Below are positions 9,245 to 19,411 of a DNA stretch of 64,000 nucleotides, piece after piece. Under the pieces are notes generated by a model, which saw nothing but the letters and a program-made list of their open reading frames with translations, was not told the origin of the DNA and searched no databases. This DNA comes from Nitrospiraceae bacterium. Lineage in GTDB: Bacteria; Nitrospirota; Nitrospiria; Nitrospirales; Nitrospiraceae. The DNA lies in contig JBQTJA010000027.1 of assembly GCA_052387595.1 (NCBI GenBank), positions 11,772-75,771 of the forward strand. The letters run 5' to 3'. The position numbers and the translations under genes are program-made. Position 1 is the first letter of the stretch; every line of letters begins with the position of its first letter.

Positions 9245-12200
9245 CTATGCCGCTTCTTGGCTTTTGTCAGGTCGGGAACCTTTGTACTCCTGATTGACTC
9301 GGCCCAGGACACCAGCCAGCGCGTCTACCGAAATAGGCTTGGAGAGATAGTCGTCCATCCCCGCAGCCAGACAGCGTTCACGGTCTCCTTGCATGGCGTT
9401 TGCCGTCATGGCGATAATCAGCACACGAGGCGCGCTGCGTCGTTCGTCACTCGTCACTCGTATCTCGCATTGCGCTTCACGCTTCACGAGTGACGCTTCA
9501 CGTTGTCGAATCATCATTGTCGCTTCGAAGCCATCCATGTCCGGCATCTGGCAATCCATGAACACCACGTCATAGCGCATGCGCGATACCGCCTCGACAG
9601 CCTCACGCCCGTTGGTCACGACGTCAATTCGATGCCCCAACCGCTGGAAGAGGCGAACGGCCACTTTTTGATTAATGATGTTATCCTCGGCCAGGAGGAT
9701 ACAGAGATCCACCGTGGCCGTGGTCTCTGCAAGGGTGTGCCGAGTGATGAGTGGAGGTGCGTCACTCGTGGCCGATAGGCCTGAACTAGCGGGGCGCTGC
9801 ATGAGGACCGCGACAAGACAATCATGCAACTGTCGCTCGCGAATCGGCTTGGTCAGGTAGGCTGCTAACCCCGCTTCTTTGGCTGTCTTCGCATCTCCCC
9901 GCCGACCAAACGACGTGAGCAGGACGAGTTTGGCATCGCCTCCTTCAGGTCGTGCCTTGATCGCACGTGCCAATTCGATCCCATCCGTCGGACTCATATC
10001 GACATCCAACAGAGCAAGGTCGAACTGTGATTGCATAGGCCCACCGCTTAGGACGTCCAACGCCTCGGAGCCGCTATGAACCAGTGTCGGTTGCATCCCC
10101 CATTTCTTTGTCATCTGCTCCAACATCCTTCGATTGATGGCCTTCTCATCCACGATTAAGATGCGAAGACCGGCTAACACGGCAGCAGAGAGGTGGGCCC
10201 TGCGGGAGCCATCAGCCTGTTTACGAAGATTCACCGTAAACCAGAAGCAGCTCCCCTCTCCAACCCGGCTTATCACCCCAATCGTTCCGCCCATCATCTC
10301 GACAAGACGTTTGCAAATCGCAAGCCCGAGTCCGGTCCCACCATATTTCCTCGTTGTGGCCCCATCGGCCTGGCTGAACGACTGAAATAGCCGCTCACAC
10401 GCTTCCTCTGAGATCCCGATCCCCGTGTCCGTGACCGCAACGCGAATCATTGCGTCGTCCTTCGATTGAGCCTCAACCGTCACGTCCACCACCACATCCC
10501 CGCGTTCGGTAAACTTAATGGCATTCGCCATCAAGTTCATCACCACCTGCCGGAGGCGCCCTGGATCACCAAGCAAATGGCGCGGCACATCGGCGTGGAA
10601 GAGACACGCCACATTCAGTCCTTTGGACGACGCACGTTCTGCTACGAGATCCAGCGATTCATCGAGAGTGAGCCGAAGATCGAACTCAATCATCTCTAAA
10701 TCCAATTTCCCTGCTTCAATCTTCGAAAAATCGAGAATATCGTTGATGATCGTGAGGAGATGGTCTCCACAACTGTGAACCGTCTCCGCATATTCACGTT
10801 GTTCCTCCGTCAATGTGGTCTCCAGCAAGAGACCGGTCATCCCGATCACACCATTCATCGGTGTCCGGATTTCGTGACTCATGGTCGCTAGGAACGACGA
10901 CTTAGCCTCGGTGGCGGCTTTGGCCTCCCTCAATGCGGCATCCAGCTGCTGATTGATATGCTCCAACTGTTGGGCATAGCCCTTCAGTGCGTGCTCAGCT
11001 TCTTTCCGACTCGTGATATCTCGGATAAATGCGCTAAAGATGACGGAGCCCTCGACGGCTAATGGGGTCATGGCGATTTCCACTGGAAATTCACAGCCGT
11101 CGCGCCGGAGACCGGTCATTTCGACCAACCTGTTTGAGAGGGGCGAGTCCCGGGGTTCAAGAAGCCGCTGAACATACGCGCGATAGCTGAGACATTGGGA
11201 CGGTGGAAAAATCGTGCCGGCAACATCGCGCCCAATCACCTCATGTGCAGGCCAGCCAAATACCTGCTCAGCCTGAGCATTCCACTCGGTAATCCGGCCT
11301 GTCTGATCCATCGTCATCACAGCATCGAGAGCCGTATCAATAATCAAGCTGGTGCGGGCTTCGTTCTCGTGGAGTGCCGCTTCCACTTCCGTTCGTTCGA
11401 CGAACAGGCCGATCTGTCTTCCGACCGTGCCCAAAGCTCTCAGTAAATCCCAATCCTTGGCCTGAGGCTCGCTGCTGAAGAGCTCGATGACGCCGTAGAC
11501 GTGAGCCCTCAGCCAGATAGGAAACGCACAGGCCGCGTGCAACACTCCCGTCGCTTCGACCGGCCCACGCGTCAAGAGCGGGTCTCTTGCGATGTCCTCT
11601 ACCCACAGCGGCTCCCCACGGGCCCAACAGTGCCCCGGCAGATCAGCCCCGGCCGTGTAGGCCTCCTGCCGCCTTCTTCTCATGAACTCCTGCACCATCG
11701 CGGTATCAACCGCCCAGTCCTGCGTGCGGATAATGGTTCGCCGGTCGTCTTGCACCCGCCAGAACAAACCAACATGCCAATCGAGATTCACGACAAGGGC
11801 CTGGAGGAGGTCGGGGACCGCTTGCTCGACCGTAGAGGCACCTGCGAGCACTTTGGCCACAGCGTGCTGGAGAGCTTGCCGACGATCGGCGCTCCGTTGC
11901 TCTGTCACATTCCTGACGACGCTAAGAACCGCCTGCACAGTGCCGTCACTGGCTGGAAGTGGGACGAACGTGACCTCGACCCACCGGACCTGCCCCGATA
12001 GTCCGATGAGCCGGCCTTTTCCACAAGTTTCCCGGCCTTCCCTCGCCGCCCTATGCATTTCCTCGATCTGTAGACAATCGTTCGTCTGGATATACGTTCG
12101 AATATCTGTCCCCACTATCTCTTCTGAAAATCCCGCATCGAAGAGGAGACATCCCGCAGGATTGAGTTGAAGCACCCGGTAGTCGATCCCAATGACCAAT

Positions 12201-12421
12201 ATCCCATGGGGTTCAGCTTCCAACATACTCTGGAGCCGCTGCTCATTTTCCTGGAAGCGGAGTCTTTCGGCTTCCGCACAGATCCTCGCGCGGCGTGCTC
12301 GCTGGGATGTCCGTATGAGAGAAAAGATCAAGGAAGCGATCAGCAAAACATTGGCCGCTGCAATGATCCAGACCATGCTCACGCCATCCACCATCATCGC
12401 CCACGCTCCAGGCATACCCAT
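9245..12421 (-). CDS. Hybrid sensor histidine kinase (TM-PAS-GAF-PAS-HisKA-HATPase-REC-REC)
   Basis: [32 protein letters not shown] and two receiver domains (LLDVDM; FMDCQMP...AMTANA...YLSKP). Confidence 0.95.
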   Translation of the reverse strand: MGMPGAWAMMVDGVSMVWIIAAANVLLIASLIFSLIRTSQRARRARICAEAERLRFQENEQRLQSMLEAEPHGILVIGIDYRVLQLNPAGCLLFDAGFSEEIVGTDIRTYIQTNDCLQIEEMHRAAREGRETCGKGRLIGLSGQVRWVEVTFVPLPASDGTVQAVLSVVRNVTEQRSADRRQALQHAVAKVLAGASTVEQAVPDLLQALVVNLDWHVGLFWRVQDDRRTIIRTQDWAVDTAMVQEFMRRRRQEAYTAGADLPGHCWARGEPLWVEDIARDPLLTRGPVEATGVLHAACAFPIWLRAHVYGVIELFSSEPQAKDWDLLRALGTVGRQIGLFVERTEVEAALHENEARTSLIIDTALDAVMTMDQTGRITEWNAQAEQVFGWPAHEVIGRDVAGTIFPPSQCLSYRAYVQRLLEPRDSPLSNRLVEMTGLRRDGCEFPVEIAMTPLAVEGSVIFSAFIRDITSRKEAEHALKGYAQQLEHINQQLDAALREAKAATEAKSSFLATMSHEIRTPMNGVIGMTGLLLETTLTEEQREYAETVHSCGDHLLTIINDILDFSKIEAGKLDLEMIEFDLRLTLDESLDLVAERASSKGLNVACLFHADVPRHLLGDPGRLRQVVMNLMANAIKFTERGDVVVDVTVEAQSKDDAMIRVAVTDTGIGISEEACERLFQSFSQADGATTRKYGGTGLGLAICKRLVEMMGGTIGVISRVGEGSCFWFTVNLRKQADGSRRAHLSAAVLAGLRILIVDEKAINRRMLEQMTKKWGMQPTLVHSGSEALDVLSGGPMQSQFDLALLDVDMSPTDGIELARAIKARPEGGDAKLVLLTSFGRRGDAKTAKEAGLAAYLTKPIRERQLHDCLVAVLMQRPASSGLSATSDAPPLITRHTLAETTATVDLCILLAEDNIINQKVAVRLFQRLGHRIDVVTNGREAVEAVSRMRYDVVFMDCQMPDMDGFEATMMIRQREASLVKREAQCEIRVTSDERRSAPRVLIIAMTANAMQGDRERCLAAGMDDYLSKPISVDALAGVLGRVNQEYKGSRPDKSQEAA
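9431..9507. repeat. CG-phased heptamer array with an internal inverted repeat, inside the kinase CDS
   Basis: CGCGCTG CGTCGTT CGTCACT CGTCACT CGTATCT CGCATTG CGCTTCA CGCTTCA CGAGTGA CGCTTCA CGTTGTC. Every unit begins with CG. CGTCACTCG and CGAGTGACG are reverse complements. Confidence 0.8.
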
Positions 12422-12622
12422 GACGCTAGGCCAGGTCCCTTGCCAGGCCTTCCAGTCCGTTATGTGCTATATCGATCCATTATGTGGCAACTTGCCCGGT
12501 AACACCAGGATTCCGCTGAAACATCGTGTGCGTCACGTCAGGGAACCTAGACGGCAGACACTGGCCAACATGATCCACTTTCCATGTAGCCGACAGAGCG
12601 ATCTGCACGGTATGATGGGGTC

Positions 12623-13105
12623 ATGATCACCAAAGTGTTGCCTTGCGATCAACTCCTCTCCGTGCTTTCCAGTGAACGGACAAAGGGAAAACGGATCGTG
12701 TTCACAAACGGCTGTTTCGACCTGATGCACATCGGACATACCAGGTATCTGCAGGCGGCCAAGGCACTGGGCGATGTCCTAGTCGTCGGAGTCAACAGTG
12801 ATGTCTCGGTCCGTACGCTGGATAAGGCCCCCGACCGGCCAATCGTGCCAGAGACACAACGGGCTGAGGTGCTGGCAGCCTTGGGCTGTGTGAATTTTGT
12901 GGTCATTTTCGACGAACCCGATCCGCTCCCGCTCATCGCAGCCGTCCAACCGGATGTCCTCGTTAAGGGAGGGGATTGGGCGATCGACCGGATCGTCGGC
13001 CGCGAATTAGTTGAAGCTCGTGGAGGTGTGGTCAAGACGATCCCGCTTGTTCCCGGCGTGTCTACCACGGGGCTTCTTCAGCGCATCCGATCAACTGTGA
13101 CGTGA
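12623..13105 (+). CDS. rfaE2: D-glycero-beta-D-manno-heptose 1-phosphate adenylyltransferase
   Basis: FTNGCFDLMHIGH (HxGH), GVNSD and VKGGDW. Confidence 0.92.
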   Translation: MITKVLPCDQLLSVLSSERTKGKRIVFTNGCFDLMHIGHTRYLQAAKALGDVLVVGVNSDVSVRTLDKAPDRPIVPETQRAEVLAALGCVNFVVIFDEPDPLPLIAAVQPDVLVKGGDWAIDRIVGRELVEARGGVVKTIPLVPGVSTTGLLQRIRSTVT

Positions 13106-13108
13106 TGC

Positions 13109-16100
13109 GTGTCTGAGACTAACATTCACACCCCAGCCTGGCTTGTCCCGCTCCGTTCGGCACTGAGTCAAGAACAGGCTCGCACTTGTCTGCTTGGGAC
13201 GCACGGCTCAACCGCGGCTTGCGCCCTCACCCTGCTGAACAACACCCGCCCAGGGAATCCAGACCGGGCCGGTTCATGTGTGGTGGTGACTCCGAACGAC
13301 GACTCAGCCGAACGAATCTTCAATGACTTGTGCTTTTTCCATGGACTCATGGGTCGTCCGGTCGAGGACCTCGCCTGGTTCCCGGAATGGGAAACACTTC
13401 CCTATGAAGCGACGGCGCCGCATGTCGGGTTGATTGCACACCGGATGACGACACTCCATCGCCTGCTCATCAACCCACCCACTATCCTCGTCACCTCCGT
13501 CGCCGCTGCCATGCATCGTGTCATCCCACGCTCGACATTCGAGCAGGCAATCTTTCACTTCCAAACGGGTGCCGCCTTCGAACGGGAATCGCTGATCACC
13601 AATCTCCTTCGCCTGGGATACCGACGAGTGTCCGTCGTGGAAATTCCAGGGGAATTCAGCGTCCGTGGCGGCATCATTGATGTCTTCTCGACCGCATACG
13701 TTAATCCGGTCCGCGTGGAGTTTCTCGGAGATCATGTTGAATCCATTCGCTTGTTCGACGCCTCGACCCAAACCTCCATCGCAAAATTGAACGAGGGCTG
13801 GGTGTTGCCCGCACGGGAATTCGTTCGGCCTCCACATGCGCCGGAGGCGATCGTACCGATCCCAGCGGATGCTGAGTGGCGAAGCCCTGACTTGTACGGT
13901 TCCATGGACACACTGTTCGACTATCTCACAGCGGTTCCTTTCCTCGCGCTCGATCAACCGGACGCACTGAAAAAAGCCTGCGAGACTGCCTGGGAGAAGA
14001 TCGACGACGGATATCTCCGTCATGTCGACCGGGATGCCACCCAGCCGTATCCCTCGCCCGAACGACTCTTTCTCACCTGGGAGGGCATCCAGCAGCGGAT
14101 CGCGCCCTGGCCCATGTTGGCTCTTGAGCCTCTAGCGGCGCCAGACTCGACCTGGGGTCAGACGTTTTCGTTTTCCGCCCAAGCGCCAGGCAGCATTGGA
14201 CTCGGAATCAGGGGTACCGCCTTCAGCCAAACCCTGAGCCTGTTAGAAGGGCTCCGGAACGAACATCGTGTCGTCTTGGTGGCGCGAAGCCGCGGGCAGG
14301 TCGACCGCTTGCTCGCCTTACTCCGAGAGCACGATTTACCCGCCGACCCGTGGAACCCGGCGGCCTGGTCCAGCCAGAAAACCGGAAAGCAACCGTTTTA
14401 TGTGCTGCACGGCGATCTGTCGGCGGGGTTTCTCTCCGGAGACCTTCGGCTCGCGCTCCTGACGGAAGAAGAGCTCTTCGCGAAGGGCGCCCGCCACAAA
14501 CCCCAACCAAAAAGTAGAACCGCGACCTTCCTCTCCTCGTTGGAGGATTTGAACGTGGGCGACTACGTCGTCCATGTTCAGCACGGCATCGCCAAATATC
14601 GAGGGCTCAAGCGCCTGTCGGTCCAGGATTTTGAGAGCGACTTCCTGATTCTCGAGTTCTCCGGTGGAGATACGCTCTATGTTCCTCTCGATCGATTGAA
14701 TCAGGTGCAACGATACGGCGGAGCCGAAGGCCATGTCCCTCGACTGGATCGCCTGGGCGGGACCAGTTGGGCCAAGACCACGGCGCGGGTGAAGAAAAAT
14801 ATCGAGGAAATGGCGCAAGAGTTGATCGATCTCTACGCCAACCGCGAACTGGTGAAACGCAATGCCTATGGCACGACCACGACCCTGTACCACGAATTTG
14901 AAGCCGCCTTTGAATATGAGGAAACATCGGATCAGCTCAGGGCCATCGGAGACATTGGCCGCGACATGGAGTCCACAAAGCCCATGGATCGGCTGGTCTG
15001 CGGGGATGTTGGATACGGAAAGACCGAAGTGGCCATGCGCGCGGCCTTCAAGGCCGTGGAACATGACCGCCAAGTGGCGGTGCTGGTCCCGACGACGCTC
15101 CTGGCCCATCAACACCATGAGAACTTTGCTGAACGATTCGCACCCTTTCCGATGCGCGTCGCGCTGCTCTCACGGTTTCAGTCGCCCAAGGAGACCAAGG
15201 CGATCCTAAAGGATGTCGGAGCAGGAACAGTCGATATCGTGATCGGCACTCACCGTCTGTTGCAGAAAGACGTGGTATTTCGACAACTCGGCCTTGTCAT
15301 CATCGACGAAGAACAATGGTTTGGCGTCAAACACAAAGAAAGGCTCAAGCAACTTCGCACCCAGGTCGACGTGCTGACGTTAACCGCCACCCCCATTCCT
15401 CGCACCCTCCAAATGGCGATGTCGAGCGTGCGAGATCTCTCGATCATCGATACCCCACCGGCTGGACGATTGGCGATTAAGACGGAAGTGGTTCGGTTCA
15501 GCGACAAGGCCGTACGAGACGCCATCTTGCGCGAACTTGGGCGTGGAGGACAAATCTATTTCGTCCACAATCGGGTCGAAACCATGGAGCGGATCGGGGC
15601 GTGGCTGCACCAATTGGTTCCCGAAGCCCGCATGGTCATGGCCCACGGCCAGATGGATGCGAGGCCGCTGGAAGCCGTGATGCTGAAATTCGTGAAGCGC
15701 GAGGCGGATGTCCTGATCGCGTCGGCCATCATTCAGTCCGGACTCGACGTCCCCAACGACAATACCATCATCGTCAATCGGGCGGATCTATTCGGCCTCG
15801 CACAGTTGTACCAATTGCGCGGACGAGTCGGACGGGGTGGAGAACAAGCCTACGCGTACCTCCTTATTCCCGATGAAGGGACACTGACCGGCGATGCCCA
15901 GAAGCGATTGATCGCGATTCAACAGTTCACGGAACTCGGATCCGGATTCCGCATCGCTGCGGCGGACCTTGAGATCCGAGGAGCCGGCAATCTTCTGGGC
16001 AAGCAGCAGTCGGGGCATATCGCCGCGATCGGGTTGGATCTCTACATGCAAATGGTGGAGCAGGCTGTTCAGCGGTTGAAGGGGCATGTGATCGAGGAGG

Positions 16101-16579
16101 ACCCTGACCCGACGCTGCAGTTCCCGGTTTCAGCGTTTATCCCGGAACACTATGTGACCGATCCGCACCACCGGCTGTCCCTCTATAAACGGCTGACGGC
16201 TTGTGGTCAGATCGGTGAGCTGGCCCTGTTGCATGGGGAGATTCAGGACCGTTACGGTCCCCCTCCGGAACCAGTCGAACGACTGCTTGAAGTCATGCAA
16301 CTCCGAACCCACGCCAAACGCCTTCGCCTGGCCTCGATCGAGGTGCACGACCAGACGGCCAAAGTTGTGTTTCACCCGAAGGCCGTCATCCCTGAGAGCG
16401 CCGTCCACCGGTTGATGGATCAACTGAAGAAACGGCTGCGGTTCCTGAGCCCCCTCGCGTTCGAGATCCAGATGCGTCAGAGCGACTGGCCCTCGCTTTT
16501 TTCGGAACTCAACGCAATCTTGCAAAGCCTCGATCTCTGTGATACCAAGACCATCCAAAGGGATGCGACTGTCTCGTAA
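13109..16579 (+). CDS. mfd: Transcription-repair coupling factor
   Basis: UvrB-like N-terminus, CarD/RID region (GDYVVHVQHGIAKY), GDVGYGKT, DEEQ, TATPIPRT, QLRGRVGR and the TRG motif DLEIRGAGNLLG. Confidence 0.97.
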   Translation: MSETNIHTPAWLVPLRSALSQEQARTCLLGTHGSTAACALTLLNNTRPGNPDRAGSCVVVTPNDDSAERIFNDLCFFHGLMGRPVEDLAWFPEWETLPYEATAPHVGLIAHRMTTLHRLLINPPTILVTSVAAAMHRVIPRSTFEQAIFHFQTGAAFERESLITNLLRLGYRRVSVVEIPGEFSVRGGIIDVFSTAYVNPVRVEFLGDHVESIRLFDASTQTSIAKLNEGWVLPAREFVRPPHAPEAIVPIPADAEWRSPDLYGSMDTLFDYLTAVPFLALDQPDALKKACETAWEKIDDGYLRHVDRDATQPYPSPERLFLTWEGIQQRIAPWPMLALEPLAAPDSTWGQTFSFSAQAPGSIGLGIRGTAFSQTLSLLEGLRNEHRVVLVARSRGQVDRLLALLREHDLPADPWNPAAWSSQKTGKQPFYVLHGDLSAGFLSGDLRLALLTEEELFAKGARHKPQPKSRTATFLSSLEDLNVGDYVVHVQHGIAKYRGLKRLSVQDFESDFLILEFSGGDTLYVPLDRLNQVQRYGGAEGHVPRLDRLGGTSWAKTTARVKKNIEEMAQELIDLYANRELVKRNAYGTTTTLYHEFEAAFEYEETSDQLRAIGDIGRDMESTKPMDRLVCGDVGYGKTEVAMRAAFKAVEHDRQVAVLVPTTLLAHQHHENFAERFAPFPMRVALLSRFQSPKETKAILKDVGAGTVDIVIGTHRLLQKDVVFRQLGLVIIDEEQWFGVKHKERLKQLRTQVDVLTLTATPIPRTLQMAMSSVRDLSIIDTPPAGRLAIKTEVVRFSDKAVRDAILRELGRGGQIYFVHNRVETMERIGAWLHQLVPEARMVMAHGQMDARPLEAVMLKFVKREADVLIASAIIQSGLDVPNDNTIIVNRADLFGLAQLYQLRGRVGRGGEQAYAYLLIPDEGTLTGDAQKRLIAIQQFTELGSGFRIAAADLEIRGAGNLLGKQQSGHIAAIGLDLYMQMVEQAVQRLKGHVIEEDPDPTLQFPVSAFIPEHYVTDPHHRLSLYKRLTACGQIGELALLHGEIQDRYGPPPEPVERLLEVMQLRTHAKRLRLASIEVHDQTAKVVFHPKAVIPESAVHRLMDQLKKRLRFLSPLAFEIQMRQSDWPSLFSELNAILQSLDLCDTKTIQRDATVS

Positions 16580-16604
16580 TCGAGATCCACATGTACCTCA
16601 ACTT

Positions 16605-17501
16605 ATGATGCCCTTCCGGTTGCTAATCTTCCGCGGAACCTATTGTCTCTCTGGGCTGCTTGCCGGCCTCTTAGCCGGTTTAGGGCCGGTGATGTCGGGG
16701 TGTGCCGAGCGACACGAAGAACCGGTCGTTGCCCTGGTGAATGGGCGAGCCATCACCCAAACCGAATTCGACCTGCGCTGGGGCGAGCTCTCCAAGGCCA
16801 CACGCTCCCGCTACGAGAAGGAGGGGGGCAAACAACGATTCCTGGACGAACTCATCACACGAGAGCTGTTGATGCAGGAAGCCCGCCGCCGGGGGCTTGA
16901 TCAAGACGATACGATTCGAGACAAGACACAACGGTATAAAGAGCAGTTGATACTCGACGAGCTGTTGAAAGACAAGCTCCAATCCAAGGTCGAGCTCACC
17001 CAGGCCGAACTCGACGCCTACTACGAAAAACACGCCAGCCAGCTTTTGGATCCCTTGAAGGCCAATGTCTCGGTCATGCTCCTCCCCAATGTGTATGCCG
17101 CCAAAGACCTGGAAGCACAGGTGAATCGCGGTGGCAATTTTGCCAAGTTTGCGCTGCGCTACTCGATCGACGAAAAGACGAAATCGAAGGGCGGCGAGCT
17201 CGGGCCCTACCGGAAAGGTCTGGTCCTTCCCGAAGTCGACGCTGTCCTCCACACCCTCAAACTTGGGATCGTCAGTGCGCCGATTAAGACCGACCACGGC
17301 TATTACCTGGTCGTGCTGACCCCGCTTGACGAGGCCGTTATTCAAGCCGATTTAGCGAAGCAGGAACGGCTTCGGCAAGAATTACTGGCCGATAAGCGCC
17401 GCAAACAATTCGAAGAAGTCATCGCCGACATTCGGGCCAATGCCGCGGTTCGCTTCGCCGAAGCCTCCCGCTATATCACTGAGGACACCGGAAAACGTTA
17501 A
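16605..17501 (+). CDS. PpiC/parvulin-type peptidyl-prolyl isomerase (probable lipoprotein)
   Basis: Hydrophobic leader ending in SGC, VALVNGRAIT, and FAKFALRYSID...KGGELG. Start uncertain (ORF opens at 16539). Confidence 0.85.
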   Translation: MMPFRLLIFRGTYCLSGLLAGLLAGLGPVMSGCAERHEEPVVALVNGRAITQTEFDLRWGELSKATRSRYEKEGGKQRFLDELITRELLMQEARRRGLDQDDTIRDKTQRYKEQLILDELLKDKLQSKVELTQAELDAYYEKHASQLLDPLKANVSVMLLPNVYAAKDLEAQVNRGGNFAKFALRYSIDEKTKSKGGELGPYRKGLVLPEVDAVLHTLKLGIVSAPIKTDHGYYLVVLTPLDEAVIQADLAKQERLRQELLADKRRKQFEEVIADIRANAAVRFAEASRYITEDTGKR

Positions 17502-17543
17502 CGTCCACTCGATTTCCACGAACCCGCCGCTTCGTGTAGAATC

Positions 17544-18563
17544 ATGCATCAGAGCTCGCTACCCCGGGATGAACGCATCATGAGACAGATACCAGTCGAT
17601 TCAGAGTGGTTGGCTTCACGTGTGTTCCCACTCCTCCTGTTGATGATCTGGATATGGCCCCCGGCCTTTTCCGAGGCCCGACTTCAAGATCGCATCGTCG
17701 CCATCGTCAATTCTGAATTGATCATGTTGTCGGACATGAAGCGTGAATTTGAAACGGAGCAAGAACGGCTTTCCCGCGAGCACCGTGGAAGCGATCTGGC
17801 CCAGCGGTTGAAAACAGCGGAGTACATGGCCTTGACGAAGCTCATCGAGCGACGCTTGCAACTGCAGGAAGCCAAAGCCAAAAAGGTTGAGGTTTCAGAC
17901 CAGGAAGTAAAGCAAGCCCTTGAACAGATGAAGCGGCAAGGCAGCCCCTTCAACATCGCCAATCCGAGTGACGTACAGACCGTTCGTGACCAGCTCCTCC
18001 TCATGCGAGTCATCGACCAGCAAATTCGCGGCAACATTACCGTTGGAGACTCCGAGCTGAAGCGGTTCTACCAAGAGCATCGCGATCGGTTCGCGCTTCC
18101 CGAAGAGTACCAGCTGAGCCAGATCCTCATTCAACCGCGCTCCTCCGATGGATTGGCCGAGGCCTTGACCAAGGCCCGTAGAGCCATGGACGACTTGAAA
18201 CGAGGTGAAAAATTTGAAGATGTCGCCATGCGCTACTCCGACGGCGCCAACGCCTTGCAGGGTGGACGACTCGGATTGGTCCGTCAGGGGGAACTCATTC
18301 CGACCATCGAACAGGCCGTCGCTCACTTAGTGCCTGGAGGGATCTCCGATATCATCGAGAGCCCTGAGGGAATCCAGATTATCCGTATGGATGACAGAAA
18401 GCCGAAACAGTTTCGCCAATTCGAGGAAGTACGGCGAGAAGTCCAGGAGCTGGTCTATCAGCGGAAGAGCGAGGATATGTATCAGGCTTGGCTGGTGGAA
18501 CTCAAGAATAAGGCCTACATCGAGATCAAGTTCCAGCACGATGCGGGCATAGTCCGTCGCTAG
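17544..18563 (+). CDS. surA: SurA-like chaperone/PPIase
   Basis: DRIVAIVNSELI (SurA N-domain) and FEDVAMRYSDG...GGRLG (parvulin domain). Confidence 0.85.
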   Translation: MHQSSLPRDERIMRQIPVDSEWLASRVFPLLLLMIWIWPPAFSEARLQDRIVAIVNSELIMLSDMKREFETEQERLSREHRGSDLAQRLKTAEYMALTKLIERRLQLQEAKAKKVEVSDQEVKQALEQMKRQGSPFNIANPSDVQTVRDQLLLMRVIDQQIRGNITVGDSELKRFYQEHRDRFALPEEYQLSQILIQPRSSDGLAEALTKARRAMDDLKRGEKFEDVAMRYSDGANALQGGRLGLVRQGELIPTIEQAVAHLVPGGISDIIESPEGIQIIRMDDRKPKQFRQFEEVRREVQELVYQRKSEDMYQAWLVELKNKAYIEIKFQHDAGIVRR

Positions 18564-18590
18564 CCGTGGCTCCCAGTCCCTGAACCGAGA

Positions 18591-19202
18591 TCAGGCGAGG
18601 TCTTGCTTGACCACGTCGCGAATGGCTCTCCACACCCGATCCCGTCCATCCCCGGTCATCGATGAATACGGAATCAACATCTCCCCCTCAGCAAGTCCTA
18701 AGACCCGATGGGTCTGGTTGAGCGTACGGACCCGTTCGCCAGGCTTCAACTTGTCGACCTTGGTCGCAACGATGAGGGGATTCCTGTGGATCGAACGCAG
18801 CCACGCGAGAGTCTGGCAATCCTGATCGGTCGCGACCCGGCTGTCCACCAACATCACAACCGCGAGCAGCGAGGCTCGGTCGACAAGATAGTCTTCCATC
18901 AGCGGTCCCCATTGGGTGCGGACCGATTTCGATACTTTAGCGAATCCATAGCCGGGTAGGTCCACCAGATGGAATTGCGAAAGATCCGGGTCGGAGGTCG
19001 AGACGAGAAACATGTTCACGGCTCTCGTCTTACCTGGCGTCCGGCTGATTTTTGCCAGATCCCGGCGATTGAGCAACGAATTGATCAACGACGATTTGCC
19101 CACATTGGAGCGCCCCACAAAAGCCACCTCGTGGAGATTGCCGGAAGGAAACTGTTCTGGAGACATACAACTTTTGATAAACTCAGCGGCGAAGATTTTC
19201 AT
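18591..19202 (-). CDS. engB: Ribosome biogenesis GTPase YihA/YsxC
   Basis: GRSNVGKSS, PGKT, DLPGYG and TKVD. Confidence 0.95.
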   Translation of the reverse strand: MKIFAAEFIKSCMSPEQFPSGNLHEVAFVGRSNVGKSSLINSLLNRRDLAKISRTPGKTRAVNMFLVSTSDPDLSQFHLVDLPGYGFAKVSKSVRTQWGPLMEDYLVDRASLLAVVMLVDSRVATDQDCQTLAWLRSIHRNPLIVATKVDKLKPGERVRTLNQTHRVLGLAEGEMLIPYSSMTGDGRDRVWRAIRDVVKQDLA

Positions 19203-19209
19203 GTCGTTA

Positions 19210-19400
19210 CCCCGCAGTATTCATGACGGTTCGTGGCGAAATTGCGAAGTCGCGTTGCGAGACGGGCACGCGGAGCCCTGAGAAAGCGAGGCATACTTGA
19301 AACAGTATGTCGAGGTTGTGAGGGGCGAGCCTGCCCGCCGAAGGCTCGTCGTAGCAGCGAATTCGCGATCGCAGTCGAAGCGTTCATGAATAGTGCGGGT
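19210..19400. mobile_element. MITE-like non-autonomous element, 191 bp
   Basis: Terminal inverted repeats CCCGCAGTATTCATGA 19211-19226 and TCATGAATAGTGCGGG 19384-19399 (15/16 match). TA on both flanks (19208-19209, 19401-19402). No coding capacity. Confidence 0.7.
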
Positions 19401-19411
19401 TAGGCTGATCA

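Noticed and set aside
15745-15775. mfd reads VPNDNTI where VPNANTI is usual
   Set aside because: A single substitution in an otherwise intact gene; its effect cannot be judged without an alignment or reads.
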